Assembly (NCBI GenBank): GCA_958296135.2
Contig: CATQHZ020000001.1
Span: forward strand, 1,088,001 to 1,152,000
DNA: 64,000 nt
Source of the DNA: an uncultured Poribacteria bacterium
GTDB lineage: Bacteria > Poribacteria > WGA-4E > WGA-3G
Direction: 5' to 3'
The position numbers and the translations under genes were made by a program. Below are positions 1-10,145 of the stretch, in pieces. Position 1 is the stretch's first letter, and the number at the start of each line of letters is the position of its first letter. The notes below the pieces were generated by a model. The model saw only the letters and a program-made list of their open reading frames with translations, did not search any database and was not told the origin of the DNA.

Positions 1-60
1 TTCCTGCACGCCTGCCTTCGGCGGTAGTGCCTCCGTGAAAAACTCAATGTACTGACGCAT
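1..60 (-). CDS. 5' end of a CDS running off the window edge (MRQYIEFFTEALPPKAGVQE...), function unknown
   Basis: ATG at 60-58 preceded by GAAGGAGG on the minus strand; frame open to position 1. Confidence 0.55.
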   Translation of the reverse strand, partial: MRQYIEFFTEALPPKAGVQE

Positions 61-368
61 TTTTGACCTCCTTCGTCTTTAGGTTTAGCTTACGTGAAGT
101 TAAAAAAAATAATCGGTTTATTCCGAACAGATGGGCGGATATGAACGACATCCGCGCTTACCGTCAGGCGCAATGGCTGCAGTGACGCTGCAGGCAGCCC
201 GGGAACATTGTCCGAGTGATTACTAAAACTTCATCCGGGCCCAATTCATTCAAAGTCGCGATGTTTTCGTGTATCGCGCCTATAGGTTTTCGATCTGACT
301 AAAAAACACTAGAACCTTTAACCCACTTGTTTTGAAAAAATTCATTTAAAATGAAAAAAGTTGTTTTT

Positions 369-1550
369 TTAAGCTGCGCCGTTTGCATCGTGCTGCATTT
401 GCGGCTGAAATGGTGTCAGCGGCAGCGATGTCTCCTCTGTCGTCAACAATTCCGCGATGAGCTGCCCTGTAATCGGCGCGAGGAGGATGCCGTTTTTGAA
501 GTGGCCGGATGCCAATACGACGTTCTCATGTCCCGGCAAATAGCCAAGGAGGGGCCCCTTTTTCGCGTAGGGCCGTAGTCCTACCCACGTTTGCACAAAG
601 GTGCTTTGCGCGAGAGCCGGTGCGATGCCAATCCCCGCATCGATAAGCTGCTTAACCGCGTCCACCGTTGTGCTTTTATCGTAGCCGGCGAATTCAACCG
701 TTGCGCCGATGAGGAGTTTTCCGTCTGCGCGCGGCACGAGGTAAACGCCGAGCCCGTCGATTGGCCGGTGGAAGAGCGGTGGCATCGCCTCGACGAGGAC
801 GATTTGCCCTTTCGCCGGCACGATGGGTATCGGACAGCCGAGCATCCCGATGACGGCCCCTGCCCAACACCCGGCGGCAATGACAAAGGTGTCTGCATAA
901 ATGCGTTCGCCGTTGACGACGGTGGCGACGACGCGCCCGTGTTCTCGGATGAACTCGGCGGCAGGATTGCCTAATTTGAACCGCGTTCCGAGTTGCGCAG
1001 CCCCCTTCGCGAACGCCGTAACTAGTTTTGGGTTGCGCACTTGTGCATCTTCTGGGAATAGCACTGCGCTCTGAATAGAGGTTGAGAGTGCTGGTTCTAA
1101 GCGCAGTGCCTCTTCGGCTGTCAAGACCTGGGCTGAAAAGCCGCGGTTCACCCGCCGTTCGGCTAACCCGATTAATCCTGCTGCCTCATCAGGATGAAAG
1201 ATGGCAGACAGCGTGCCGGCTTGAATGAACTCAATATCTATCTGCGTTTCCGCTTTGAGTTCTGCTGCGAGTGCGGGGTAGAGCGCGAGGCTTGCGCGGC
1301 ACAGCGTGGGGTACGGTTCATGCGTTGAGGCGTGCGAGGTGAGAATTCCTGCGCCTGCCCAGGATGCTTCCGTGCCAACGCGCGGTGCTTTATCAATGAC
1401 GAGCGTGTTTACGTCCCGCTTGGCGAGATTGTAGGCGATGGCACATCCGATAATGCCACCCCCGATGATGACTACGTCTGCTTGATTCCGGGCCAAAGCG
1501 TCCTCCGAATGATAAAAGCATTGATTTTCGCGGTAAGAATAGTTTAACAT
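369..1550 (-). CDS. thiO: Glycine oxidase ThiO / DAO-family FAD oxidoreductase
   Basis: IIGGGIIG dinucleotide-binding motif, ASWAGAGIL, GLRP, GHFKNGILLAP; true start may be slightly downstream. Confidence 0.85.
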   Translation of the reverse strand: MLNYSYRENQCFYHSEDALARNQADVVIIGGGIIGCAIAYNLAKRDVNTLVIDKAPRVGTEASWAGAGILTSHASTHEPYPTLCRASLALYPALAAELKAETQIDIEFIQAGTLSAIFHPDEAAGLIGLAERRVNRGFSAQVLTAEEALRLEPALSTSIQSAVLFPEDAQVRNPKLVTAFAKGAAQLGTRFKLGNPAAEFIREHGRVVATVVNGERIYADTFVIAAGCWAGAVIGMLGCPIPIVPAKGQIVLVEAMPPLFHRPIDGLGVYLVPRADGKLLIGATVEFAGYDKSTTVDAVKQLIDAGIGIAPALAQSTFVQTWVGLRPYAKKGPLLGYLPGHENVVLASGHFKNGILLAPITGQLIAELLTTEETSLPLTPFQPQMQHDANGAA

Positions 1551-1587
1551 AAAAGAAGGGATTTGTCAAACTTTTGAAAAACTTTGC

Positions 1588-1616
1588 TTGAAATTTAAGA
1601 GGGTTTCGGGTATAAT
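1588..1616 (+). promoter_or_regulatory. Sigma70-like promoter upstream of the EutN/CcmL gene
   Basis: TTGAAA-N17-TATAAT. Confidence 0.55.
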
Positions 1617-1629
1617 TTTGACGCGCGGG

Positions 1630-1715
1630 AAGGATATCGGGACAAGGATGTCCCGCCTACCGGCATCGGTTCGGGTATAATAGGGTATCGGGACAAGGAT
1701 GCCCCGCCTACCGGA
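1630..1715. repeat. Two copies of REP-like unit (TATCGGGACAAGGATG(T/C)CCCGCCTACCGG)
   Basis: Direct repeat; related units occur inverted at 33000-33150. Confidence 0.7.
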
Positions 1716-1766
1716 TAGGGAGTTTGGAATTTGCGAAGTCCTGAACGAAAAAAAGGAATTTTTTTT

Positions 1767-2054
1767 ATGATACTTGGAAAAGTTACGGGGACAGTTGTCG
1801 CGACGCAAAAAGACGAAAAACTCGTCGGCAGCAAGTTGATGATTGTCCAAGATGTGGATTTAGATGGCGAATTAGACCGGAAGTATACCGTTGCAGTGGA
1901 CGCGGTGGGCGCGGGTATCGGGGAGATAGTCCTCGTGGCAACGGGCAGTTCGGCACGGCAGACACGGGTGACAGCCAATAAGCCGGTAGACGCGGTTATC
2001 ATGGCAATTGTGGATACCGTGGAAGTCTGCGGGAAAGTTCGGTACCAGAAGTAG
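1767..2054 (+). CDS. EutN/CcmL family bacterial microcompartment vertex (pentamer) protein
   Basis: MILGKVTGTVVATQK...VAVDAVGAGIGEIVLVATGSSAR...PVDAVIMAIVD. Confidence 0.93.
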   Translation: MILGKVTGTVVATQKDEKLVGSKLMIVQDVDLDGELDRKYTVAVDAVGAGIGEIVLVATGSSARQTRVTANKPVDAVIMAIVDTVEVCGKVRYQK

Positions 2055-2059
2055 CGAGA

Positions 2060-2175
2060 AGCATCGAGACGCGGGAGCATCGAGACGCGGGAGGGCTCGC
2101 CTACAAGGGGGCATCGAGATGCGGGAGGGCTCGCCTACGGTATTGCATCGAGACGCGGGAGGGCTCGCCTACAAG
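2060..2175. repeat. REP-like cluster (CATCGAGACGCGGGAGGGCTCGCCTAC x3-4)
   Basis: Near-identical short palindromic units ending in CTAC (GTAG on the minus strand). Confidence 0.8.
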
Positions 2176-2199
2176 AAGGAGGCATTAGGGAGGTACCAA

Positions 2200-2862
2200 A
2201 TGATGTCAAAGATGACGACAACAGAGAAATACTTCACAACCGTAAAACAGGTGCCTGTCTCTCGCCATGCGTCAACACCAAGACGGGAGATGCTTCGTGC
2301 TGAGACGCTTCGCCGCCGCGAGCAACTTCCTTCCGGGCTGCGCGCAACACTGAGCCAGCGGATTGCCTTTCACGTTGACGAGTGGATGCAAACTGGTTCG
2401 GCGGCATCGTGCGCCTACACGCGAGTGATGGTGTATCTGAGCATGGGAAGCGAAGTTGAGACTATCGGTTTGCTTGAGCAACTGCTTCGTGGCGGAGCCC
2501 AGGTCTGCGCGCCGGTAGTCAATATGCAGCGTCGGCAACTTATCCCCCGGCAGATTTGTGATGTGAGAACCGACTTGGTTCGTCACTCTTACGGCATGTT
2601 GGAGCCGAAAGAAGCCTGTCCGATCGTTTCACCGGCGCAACTGCAGCTTGTCTTCGTCCCTGGCATCGCCTTTGATAGCCGAGGCTATCGGCTCGGTTAT
2701 GCCAAAGGGTTCTACGACAGGTTTCTCCCGCGGTGCCCGAATGCCGTTGCGGTGGGGCTCGCTTATCAGGTGCAGTTGGTTGCGGATATTTTCCCGCAAT
2801 CGTGGGATGTGCCGGTGCGTCGCATTTTCACAGAGAACGGGCAGCTTATTCCACGCCGATAA
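2200..2862 (+). CDS. 5-formyltetrahydrofolate cyclo-ligase
   Basis: YLSMGSEVET, FVPGIAFDSRGYRLGYAKGFYDRFL, WDVPV; GGAGG RBS before ATG 2200. Confidence 0.9.
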   Translation: MMSKMTTTEKYFTTVKQVPVSRHASTPRREMLRAETLRRREQLPSGLRATLSQRIAFHVDEWMQTGSAASCAYTRVMVYLSMGSEVETIGLLEQLLRGGAQVCAPVVNMQRRQLIPRQICDVRTDLVRHSYGMLEPKEACPIVSPAQLQLVFVPGIAFDSRGYRLGYAKGFYDRFLPRCPNAVAVGLAYQVQLVADIFPQSWDVPVRRIFTENGQLIPRR

Positions 2863-3280
2863 AAGGCCGCAATTTCTCCAACGTCTTCTTGCTGATTCCC
2901 CTGACATTTTGGAGGGAGTTTACGGTGGCGAAGTTCCCGTGCTGTTCGCGGTATTGGACAATCCTCTGTGCTATCCGTGGTCCGATTTTTGGGAGTGTCT
3001 CAAGTTCTGCGGCAGTGGCGGTGTTAATATTGAGGTGCTGTGACTGAGAGCGTTTTTCTGTAGCCTTCGGTGCGGGCTCCCGAGCGCGATGCTCCTGGGT
3101 AGGAGCCGTTTTCTGAGTGCGATGCCTCTCTGCCTCTGGCGGCGTGGCGATGAGCTCTGGTTTGCCAAGGAACAGCCCCGGATTGAACCGCCGCAAACCC
3201 CAGAACCCGCTCCCGGCTAAAATGAGGAGCACCAGAAACGTCACCGCTCTCCAGTAATGACGTTCAACAAGGTTATCCAC
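2846..3280 (-). CDS. comEA: ComEA family helix-hairpin-helix DNA-binding protein with N-terminal membrane anchor
   Basis: LNINTATAAELETLPKIGPRIAQRIVQYREQHGNF...VRGI. Confidence 0.88.
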   Translation of the reverse strand: MDNLVERHYWRAVTFLVLLILAGSGFWGLRRFNPGLFLGKPELIATPPEAERHRTQKTAPTQEHRAREPAPKATEKRSQSQHLNINTATAAELETLPKIGPRIAQRIVQYREQHGNFATVNSLQNVRGISKKTLEKLRPFIGVE

Positions 3281-3354
3281 GTTCGTTTTCCTCCCTTAGC
3301 ATCAATAGCGTCGATGAGGGCTCTGGTAGGTTGGTGTTGAAGTTTCGGAGCCCT

Positions 3355-5061
3355 TCAACGAACGCCTTGCGAAATACGAAAAACTTGATTTGATGGGACA
3401 TTTTGGAAGTTCTGTTTTGCGCCGTTTTGCCACGAGACTTCAACGTTGTCCACACGCTCGTGCGCGCCAATGCCGAAATGAAGTTTGAGTTCCCGCTGTG
3501 AGAGGTAGCCGTCCCCACTCCGCACTTCTTGCGTTTGGGTGATATTTCCGGATGTGACTTTGACGCGCGTCCCGATTGCCTTCGCTGGTAATCGGATTTG
3601 CAGCCAATTGTTTCGATTTCCGCCCTCGTTTCGCAGCAGGCGAGGCGGCGTATTAGCATTGGTGACGAAGATATCAATGTCGCCATCCAAGTCGTAGTCG
3701 GCGAATGTGGCACCGCGGCTGACATCCTCGAATTGCAGTCCCTCGCCTAGCAATTCAGAGACTTCCGTAAACGTGCCATCGTGCTGGTTTTGGAAAATCA
3801 GGTTGCGCTGCCCGTAGGTGCCTTCCTGCCCGAGTGCCGCTAGATTCTCGTGTAGGTGCCCGTTAGCGACAAAAATGTCGTGATACCCATCGTTATCGTA
3901 ATCAATAAACGCCGTTGCCCAGCCGAGATACGGATAGGTAATCTGCGCTGTTTTTGTGGTGGCAGTCGCATCCGTGAAGAAGCCGTCGCCGTCGTTGTGG
4001 TAGAGCGTATTCGTCTGCTCGGCATAGTTGGTGACGGTGAGATCCAACCATCCATCGTTATCCCAATCGCCGAACGTGGTGCCCATTCCGTTTTCGGCGG
4101 CACCATTTTCGCTGAGTGCGACACCGAGCATAAACCCCACTTCCTCAAAAGTGCCATCGCCGTTATTGCGGTAAAAGAGATTTTCGGTTGAATCGTTGGC
4201 GACGTAGATATCCGGCGCGCCATCGTTGTTATAGTCACCCCACACAACGCCGAGCCCTTTGCCGGTAGTGTTGTAAATGCCAGCGGATTTCGTCACGTCT
4301 GTGAACGTGCCGTCGCCGTTGTTGCGGAAGAGCGTATCCGATTGCGCCGGGAAGTTATCGGGTTCACAATAAGCCCGGATGCCTTTCTCCTTAAGTCCGC
4401 ACCATGGGTTCTCCTCAATGCTGAAGACAATATAGTTGACGACGTAAAGATCGAGGTGGCCATCGCTGTCGTAGTCGGCGAAGGCGCAGCTGGTGCTCCA
4501 GCGCGGTTCGGCGACACCCGCCTTTTCGGTGACATCGGTGAACGTTCCATCGCCATTGTTCCGATAAAGCCGATTTTTCCCGTAGTTTGTGACGTAGAGG
4601 TCTGGGTATCCATCGTTATCGTAATCCCCCACTGCGCAGCCATGTCCATAACCGGTATCGGCGACACCCGCGCTTTCGGTGACATCGGTGAACGTGCCAT
4701 CGCCGTTGTTTTGGAAGAGGGAATTCGTTGGGCGGAAACTATAGAAATCCGCCCTTACAGTGGGTGGCAGCATCTGTCCGGATAGTTGACTGGCATGCTG
4801 CCTGACAGATGCCTCGTAACCGGGGAGCGGCGCGCCGTTGACGAGATACAAATCCGGGTCTGCATCTAAATCGTAGTCAAAAAACGCGGCACCTGAGCCG
4901 AGTGTCTCCATGAAGTATTTTTGTCCGCTGCGGCCGTCTATGTGCGTCCAGTGGATGCCAGCTTCGTGCGTTACATCGGTAAATTGGAGTGCTGTGTTTG
5001 CAAGGACGAGGGATGTCAACAGTAGGTGCAAGAGCAGGAGGGTTGTAAGGAAACGGAGCAT
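3355..5061 (-). CDS. CRTAC1-family protein (FG-GAP/VCBS repeats plus ASPIC/UnbV domain), secreted
   Basis: Signal peptide, repeated DYDNDGxxD and FTDVT motifs, C-terminal GDGYLSQ...LHFGIG. Confidence 0.9.
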   Translation of the reverse strand: MLRFLTTLLLLHLLLTSLVLANTALQFTDVTHEAGIHWTHIDGRSGQKYFMETLGSGAAFFDYDLDADPDLYLVNGAPLPGYEASVRQHASQLSGQMLPPTVRADFYSFRPTNSLFQNNGDGTFTDVTESAGVADTGYGHGCAVGDYDNDGYPDLYVTNYGKNRLYRNNGDGTFTDVTEKAGVAEPRWSTSCAFADYDSDGHLDLYVVNYIVFSIEENPWCGLKEKGIRAYCEPDNFPAQSDTLFRNNGDGTFTDVTKSAGIYNTTGKGLGVVWGDYNNDGAPDIYVANDSTENLFYRNNGDGTFEEVGFMLGVALSENGAAENGMGTTFGDWDNDGWLDLTVTNYAEQTNTLYHNDGDGFFTDATATTKTAQITYPYLGWATAFIDYDNDGYHDIFVANGHLHENLAALGQEGTYGQRNLIFQNQHDGTFTEVSELLGEGLQFEDVSRGATFADYDLDGDIDIFVTNANTPPRLLRNEGGNRNNWLQIRLPAKAIGTRVKVTSGNITQTQEVRSGDGYLSQRELKLHFGIGAHERVDNVEVSWQNGAKQNFQNVPSNQVFRISQGVR

Positions 5062-5066
5062 AATAT

Positions 5067-5275
5067 CTATCGTTTGAAAAAACTTATCAACAAACTTCCG
5101 ATGAGAACGACGGGGCTAATGGCGATTGCAATGTTCGCGACAATTCAGAGCGTCCCTCTAATTTGCCTTGGATCCAACTCACGTCTTGCTCAAGCGCGCC
5201 GAGCTGCCTGTTGACACGTTCTTCCATGCGTTCCATCCATTTTGGGGCGTGTTGCTGGAATTCTTGGTTTTCCAT
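5067..5275 (-). pseudogene. Small coiled-coil plus C-terminal TM protein, apparently frameshifted
   Basis: MENQE...LEGRSE in one frame; hydrophobic IVANIAIAISPVVLIGSLLISFFKR* in a shifted frame ending at 5067. Confidence 0.45.
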
Positions 5276-5357
5276 TATGATTTCTCCGTCGCGATGCGCG
5301 CTGGGTATGTCCCACAAAAAGAGTATACGATATTCCGAGCAAAAAATCAACTCTTTT

Positions 5358-7025
5358 TTACTTTTTTGGCCGATTCGCTTTCTGATCTTCCACAATTTCT
5401 GCTAAAGTTTGGCGGAAAGCCTCATGTTGCGGCGACATTTTAATCGCCGCATGAATTGCCTTGAATGCTTGTTGATGTTCACCGGCTTGAGCATATGCCA
5501 ACGCGAGCGTCTGTAAATATTGCGGTGCTGGTGCCAAACGGAACGCTTTTTGGGCAAAGGCGATGGCCTCTTGTATCTGGACTTTCTCCTGAATATAGAG
5601 CCTTGCCAGTCCGTTGAGCGCGTAGTGCGCTGCTGCATCTAGCGTTAACGCCGCCTGATACGCCGAGATTGCTGCGTCACTCTCGCCGCGGCGGTGGTGG
5701 ATAGCGGCAATGCCGGCCTGCGCTGTCGCTAACGAAGCGTCAAGCGCGAGAGCCGTCTGGTATTCAGCGAACGCCTTATCCAACTGTGCTTGTAGATAGT
5801 AGACTGCGGCTAAACCGGCGTGCGGCGCGGCGTGAGTTGGCGCGAGCGCGATTGCCTCAAGATAGGCGGTTTCGGCTTCTTGAAATCTGCGTTCGCGAAA
5901 GAACAGTTTTCCGAGTTTGTAGAACGCGGCGGCGCGGTAATCTTTAGCGGGGGCCGATGTCCCGCCTCCTGCGGCATGGAGCCTTATCGTTTCCCGATAC
6001 GCCGCAATCGCCTTATCGAATTTCCCATATTTTTCGTAGGTTATCGCTAGTTGATACTGCTTTTGCGGATTGCTGGGTTCATTGAGGGTTGCGCGCTCAC
6101 GCGTGTCGATTTCTTGCGCGATGGCGTTTAATCGGCGGTAGGTTTCCATTGCGCGTTTTCCCTGTTCCACCTGCTTCAGTCGGAATAGGGCTTGCGCGAG
6201 GTTGTAGTAGGCACCGACATGTTCTGCTTGTTGCGCGATGACGATGCGGTATGCCTCGGCGGCGCGCTGAAATTCGCGCTTCTTTGTGAGGATTAAGCCG
6301 AGTCTGTAACGGGCGGCAGTGAAATCGGGATTGAGCCGGATTGCGTTCTCCAACAGCGGTTGTGCCTTGTCCAATTCCCCTTGTTGCTGATAGATGGCAC
6401 CCAAGTTGCCGTTCGCCATCGGGAGTTCGGGCTGCAAAGTTAACGCCGCTTTGTAATAGCGAATTGCTTCCTCTTGCCTGTCTACCGCTTCATAACATGA
6501 GGCGAGGTTCGTCAGCGCCGCCGCTAACTTCGGGGAACGGCGGAGGCACTCGTGATACGCCTCGAGCGCATCTGAAAACCGGTCTGCCTGCTGATAGGCA
6601 GCTGCCAGGCCAAGCCGTACCTGCAGTGCATCCGGGTGCTGTCGGATGAGTTTCTGGTAGAGCCGGATAGCGTTATCCACACGTTCGGTTTTTGTATAGA
6701 GGCGCGCGAGATTCGCCGCCGCTTGTAGGTGCTGGCTCTCTATCTTCAGTGCCTGTTTCAGTGCCGCTTCTGCCTTAACAAACTCGCCGATTTGTAAGTG
6801 AACTGTGCCGAGGGCGGCGTGCGCCTTGGCGGAGCCTGCGTCTAGTGCTATTGCCTGCTGAAAATGGTGAAGTGCCTGCGCGTATTGGCCTCGGCGGGCT
6901 GCTTGCGTGCCGCGCGTGTAAAAATCTTCTGGAGATTGCGCGGTTGCGTTCCCCAAAATGAGCCAGAGAAAAATGGCGATTTTTGTCTTTCGCAAAGCGT
7001 TTGATAACATTTTCTGTGCAATCAT
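5358..7025 (-). CDS. Secreted TPR repeat protein
   Basis: Signal-like N-terminus and many TPR units; adjacent to CRTAC1-family gene. Confidence 0.9.
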   Translation of the reverse strand: MIAQKMLSNALRKTKIAIFLWLILGNATAQSPEDFYTRGTQAARRGQYAQALHHFQQAIALDAGSAKAHAALGTVHLQIGEFVKAEAALKQALKIESQHLQAAANLARLYTKTERVDNAIRLYQKLIRQHPDALQVRLGLAAAYQQADRFSDALEAYHECLRRSPKLAAALTNLASCYEAVDRQEEAIRYYKAALTLQPELPMANGNLGAIYQQQGELDKAQPLLENAIRLNPDFTAARYRLGLILTKKREFQRAAEAYRIVIAQQAEHVGAYYNLAQALFRLKQVEQGKRAMETYRRLNAIAQEIDTRERATLNEPSNPQKQYQLAITYEKYGKFDKAIAAYRETIRLHAAGGGTSAPAKDYRAAAFYKLGKLFFRERRFQEAETAYLEAIALAPTHAAPHAGLAAVYYLQAQLDKAFAEYQTALALDASLATAQAGIAAIHHRRGESDAAISAYQAALTLDAAAHYALNGLARLYIQEKVQIQEAIAFAQKAFRLAPAPQYLQTLALAYAQAGEHQQAFKAIHAAIKMSPQHEAFRQTLAEIVEDQKANRPKK

Positions 7026-7239
7026 GTCTCTCTCCGTATATCTGTGACTAGGTTTTCGGTACGAACCTAGGTATGATGATAACCGTTTCGCGTCTGTTTG
7101 TCAAGTGGGCAAGACCATTTCGTTTTCCCAGTAGGCGAGCCCTCCCGGTCTTGACTCATTCTGACCGGCGGGCGGGTATAGAAAACCGCTTTTGCAGAAA
7201 ATCCAAAACTAGATGACGCTGTCAAGTGGGGAAAATGAT

Positions 7240-7267
7240 TTGATTTTTCCCCGATTCCGTGTATAAT
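7240..7267 (+). promoter_or_regulatory. Sigma70-like promoter of the TRAP gene
   Basis: TTGATT-N16-TATAAT. Confidence 0.45.
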
Positions 7268-7290
7268 AATGAGAGCAACATCCTCAAAAA

Positions 7291-9189
7291 ATGGAAGAAA
7301 ACATGGAACAAACAGACACAAAAGAGGTTAGCGGGCTTGAAGCCCAACGCGCTGAAATGAAAGGCATCGCAAAATGGATTTTTGAAATAGGCGCGGTCTG
7401 CCTCGTCCTTTTTTATATCTATAGCGCAGGCTTCGGGACAGCGGCGGAGCAATATCATCTCGGTTTCTATCTGATTGTCACTTACGCGCTGATCGGACTG
7501 TTCTATAAGTTTGGTCCGAAGTCGCCTGATGCGCGGCCATCCGTGGTGGATATATTGCTAGTCGCGCTGAGTGTCTTGTCGGTGGGTTATTGGATAGTAG
7601 AATACCCCGATTTAGCAAACCGAGCGGGTGCGTATACGCGTTTGGATATTGCGATGGGCGCGGTGGCTATCATTGTCAGCATTGAAGTGAGCCGCCGCAC
7701 GGTAGGATGGGGGCTGCCTATCATCGCTGCTGTGGGCATTTTATATGCGCTGTTCGGCCGCGCCATGCCAGAAGCAATTGCGCACAAAGGTTTTACGCTG
7801 CGGCGGGTTATTGAGTATTGCTTTTTCAGCCAGGCCGGTATCTTCGGTATCATGGCGAACGTGATGGCAACCTACGTTATCCTCTTCATTTTCTTCGGTG
7901 CGTTTTTAGAGAGATCTGGTGTTGGGCAATTTTTCATCAATCTTCCGATGTCACTTGCTGGCCGCTCCATCGGGGGCGCGGCGAAAGTTTCTGTCGTTAC
8001 CTCCGGATTCTTCGGTTCTGTCGCGGGGAGTGCTATCGCGAACACCGTGACAACCGGTACGTTTACGATTCCGTTGATGAAGCGGACCGGCTTCCGCCCG
8101 CATGTTGCAGGCGCGGTAGAGGCATCTGCATCCGTCGGTGGGCAGTTCTTACCGCCTGTCATGGGCGCGGGCGCGTTTCTGATGGCGGAACGGACAGGTT
8201 TGCCGTACAGCCACATCGCGCTCATCTCTATTGTGCCCGCAATCCTCTATTTCTTATCTGTCTGGGTGATGGTGCATTTTGAGGCGAAAAAAGAGGGATT
8301 GGCGCGTATTCCTGCTTCAGAGATACCCAAACTCTCCGTGCTGCTCAAAACGAACTGGTATTACCTTTTGCCGCTGCTCACCCTTATCGGTATGCTGCTT
8401 GCCAAGCATACCGCCTACAACTCGGCGTTCTACGCGATTCTCGTCACGATAGGCGTGAGTTACTTCCGTCCCGAAACGCGCTTAACACCGAGGCGTATCT
8501 GGGGTGCTATGGTTACCGGTGCGAAGAATTCACTGGCTATCGGCGGGGCTGTCGGCACTATCGGCATTATTGTCGCAGTCATCGATTTGACAGGTTTGGG
8601 ACGGATTTTTCCAGATCTGGTGCTATCTGTCGCCGGGGATAGCCGCTTTATCGCTGTATTGCTCCTCGCCGCGGCATCGCTAGTTTTGGGGATGGGCATT
8701 CCTGTCACCGCCGCCTATCTGATTACGTCTGAGCTTGCTGTGCCGATTCTGACGAACCCCGAGCTCGGCGTGTCCGTTATTGCGGCGCACCTGATCATCT
8801 TCTGGCTGAGCCAAGATTCTAATATCACGCCGCCGGTTGCCCTAGGTGCGTATGCAGGAGCCGCCATCGCCCGGGCAGACCCGTGGCAAACCGGCTGGTC
8901 CTGTTTCAAGTTCGCTAAGCTCTTATACGTGATGCCGCTGCTATTTGCGTATACGCACATTTTGCTTGGCGGGACGCTTGCCCAAAATGTATTATCTATC
9001 GTCACGGCTGTCGTGGGGACACTCATTTTTTCCATGGTGACGATGGGCTATTTTGTGCGGAAGACGCATTGGTATGAGTGGATATTGCTCGCGCTGGCGG
9101 CGTTCCTCGCGTATGTCTACAACATTTGGGCGTTCATGATTTCGCTGGCGATAGTTGGCATTATCTATTTTCTGCAAAAACGTGTGTAA
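7291..9189 (+). CDS. TRAP transporter fused 4TM/12TM permease (TAXI type)
   Basis: GSAIANTVTTGTFTIPLMK, ASVGGQFLPPVMGAGAF, ITPPVALGAYAGAAIA. Confidence 0.92.
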   Translation: MEENMEQTDTKEVSGLEAQRAEMKGIAKWIFEIGAVCLVLFYIYSAGFGTAAEQYHLGFYLIVTYALIGLFYKFGPKSPDARPSVVDILLVALSVLSVGYWIVEYPDLANRAGAYTRLDIAMGAVAIIVSIEVSRRTVGWGLPIIAAVGILYALFGRAMPEAIAHKGFTLRRVIEYCFFSQAGIFGIMANVMATYVILFIFFGAFLERSGVGQFFINLPMSLAGRSIGGAAKVSVVTSGFFGSVAGSAIANTVTTGTFTIPLMKRTGFRPHVAGAVEASASVGGQFLPPVMGAGAFLMAERTGLPYSHIALISIVPAILYFLSVWVMVHFEAKKEGLARIPASEIPKLSVLLKTNWYYLLPLLTLIGMLLAKHTAYNSAFYAILVTIGVSYFRPETRLTPRRIWGAMVTGAKNSLAIGGAVGTIGIIVAVIDLTGLGRIFPDLVLSVAGDSRFIAVLLLAAASLVLGMGIPVTAAYLITSELAVPILTNPELGVSVIAAHLIIFWLSQDSNITPPVALGAYAGAAIARADPWQTGWSCFKFAKLLYVMPLLFAYTHILLGGTLAQNVLSIVTAVVGTLIFSMVTMGYFVRKTHWYEWILLALAAFLAYVYNIWAFMISLAIVGIIYFLQKRV

Positions 9190-10030
9190 GGTAAGAAAGA
9201 ATTTCTTCAGCGGCTCGGCGCGAGGCCTGCGCGTTGAACGCCGCCGCCGCCTTTTCTGCGCGGTAGTAATTTCCCTGATAATACCGCAGGAAAAGCGCGG
9301 TTGCCCACAAAGCTGCGTCCACGTAATGTGCATCTAACGCAGCGTCAACAGTGGCAAAGCCGAGCGCGCCGTTTAGCACAAAGGCATTGAGGCCGTCTGC
9401 CCAATTGCCAGTATAGACTTGTCCTGCGCCGGGTAAGATTACCGACAAGAGTTTCGCAAGTTTCATAGATTTCCGCGGCGCATTTATGGCTGCATCAAAG
9501 CGCGCGTCAAGTTCCGCAGCGTCTGAATCGGTAGCCGTGGCTTGTAACCTCGCGTAATGTTTCAGGGCGGCGCGCGCTTTTTCCCATCGGAGTTGGTAGA
9601 GATAGGCGATGCCTTGCAAAAATAGGGCGCGCCGATAGTGCGATTCCGTTGGGTTTCGCATCGTGATTTTTATCAACTCCAATAAACCGATGTCATAATT
9701 TTTGCTGGCAATGAGCGTTACGGCGAGTTCAAGTTGTCGCTCGGTTTTCGCCGTTTTATTGGTGGCGCGTTGGACAGCGAGGCGCATCGCCGCGGCTGCC
9801 TCTTCCCACAGCTGTTGTTCGCGATAGGCGAGTCCGATGTTGCGGTAGGCTTCTCCCGCGCGCGCGTCATCTGGGTGAAAGAAGAGGAAGCGTTTATACT
9901 CGGTGATGGCGGCATCGTAATTGCCGAGGGCGAAGAAATGAGCACCCAGGGAGAGGGGTGTCTCATCCGCTGACACCGTGAAACCGATGAGCATTAGCAG
10001 AAGGGAGAAGGTGATTTGCTTGATAAGCAT
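9161..10030 (-). CDS. Secreted TPR protein with C-terminal TM2-like hydrophobic domain
   Basis: Signal peptide, YDAAITEYKRFLF TPR, LSVILPGAGQVYTG motif. Confidence 0.8.
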   Translation of the reverse strand: MLIKQITFSLLLMLIGFTVSADETPLSLGAHFFALGNYDAAITEYKRFLFFHPDDARAGEAYRNIGLAYREQQLWEEAAAAMRLAVQRATNKTAKTERQLELAVTLIASKNYDIGLLELIKITMRNPTESHYRRALFLQGIAYLYQLRWEKARAALKHYARLQATATDSDAAELDARFDAAINAPRKSMKLAKLLSVILPGAGQVYTGNWADGLNAFVLNGALGFATVDAALDAHYVDAALWATALFLRYYQGNYYRAEKAAAAFNAQASRRAAEEILSYLTHVFAENR

Positions 10031-10145
10031 TGTATTTTTGCGTTTTCTGTTGTTGATGAAATAGGAATTTGTTTGCATTTCACGCGAAGTTAATGATACC
10101 CTAATTCTATTGAGATGTCAAACGAAAAGAAATGGAGAACGACTG

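Noticed and set aside
140-285. Lysine riboswitch
   Set aside because: Superficial resemblance only; the long P2/P3 arms and AGUA/GAAAG motifs are not in the right arrangement.
2055-2199. 6S RNA upstream of 5-formyl-THF cyclo-ligase
   Set aside because: The interval consists of REP copies, not a long irregular hairpin.
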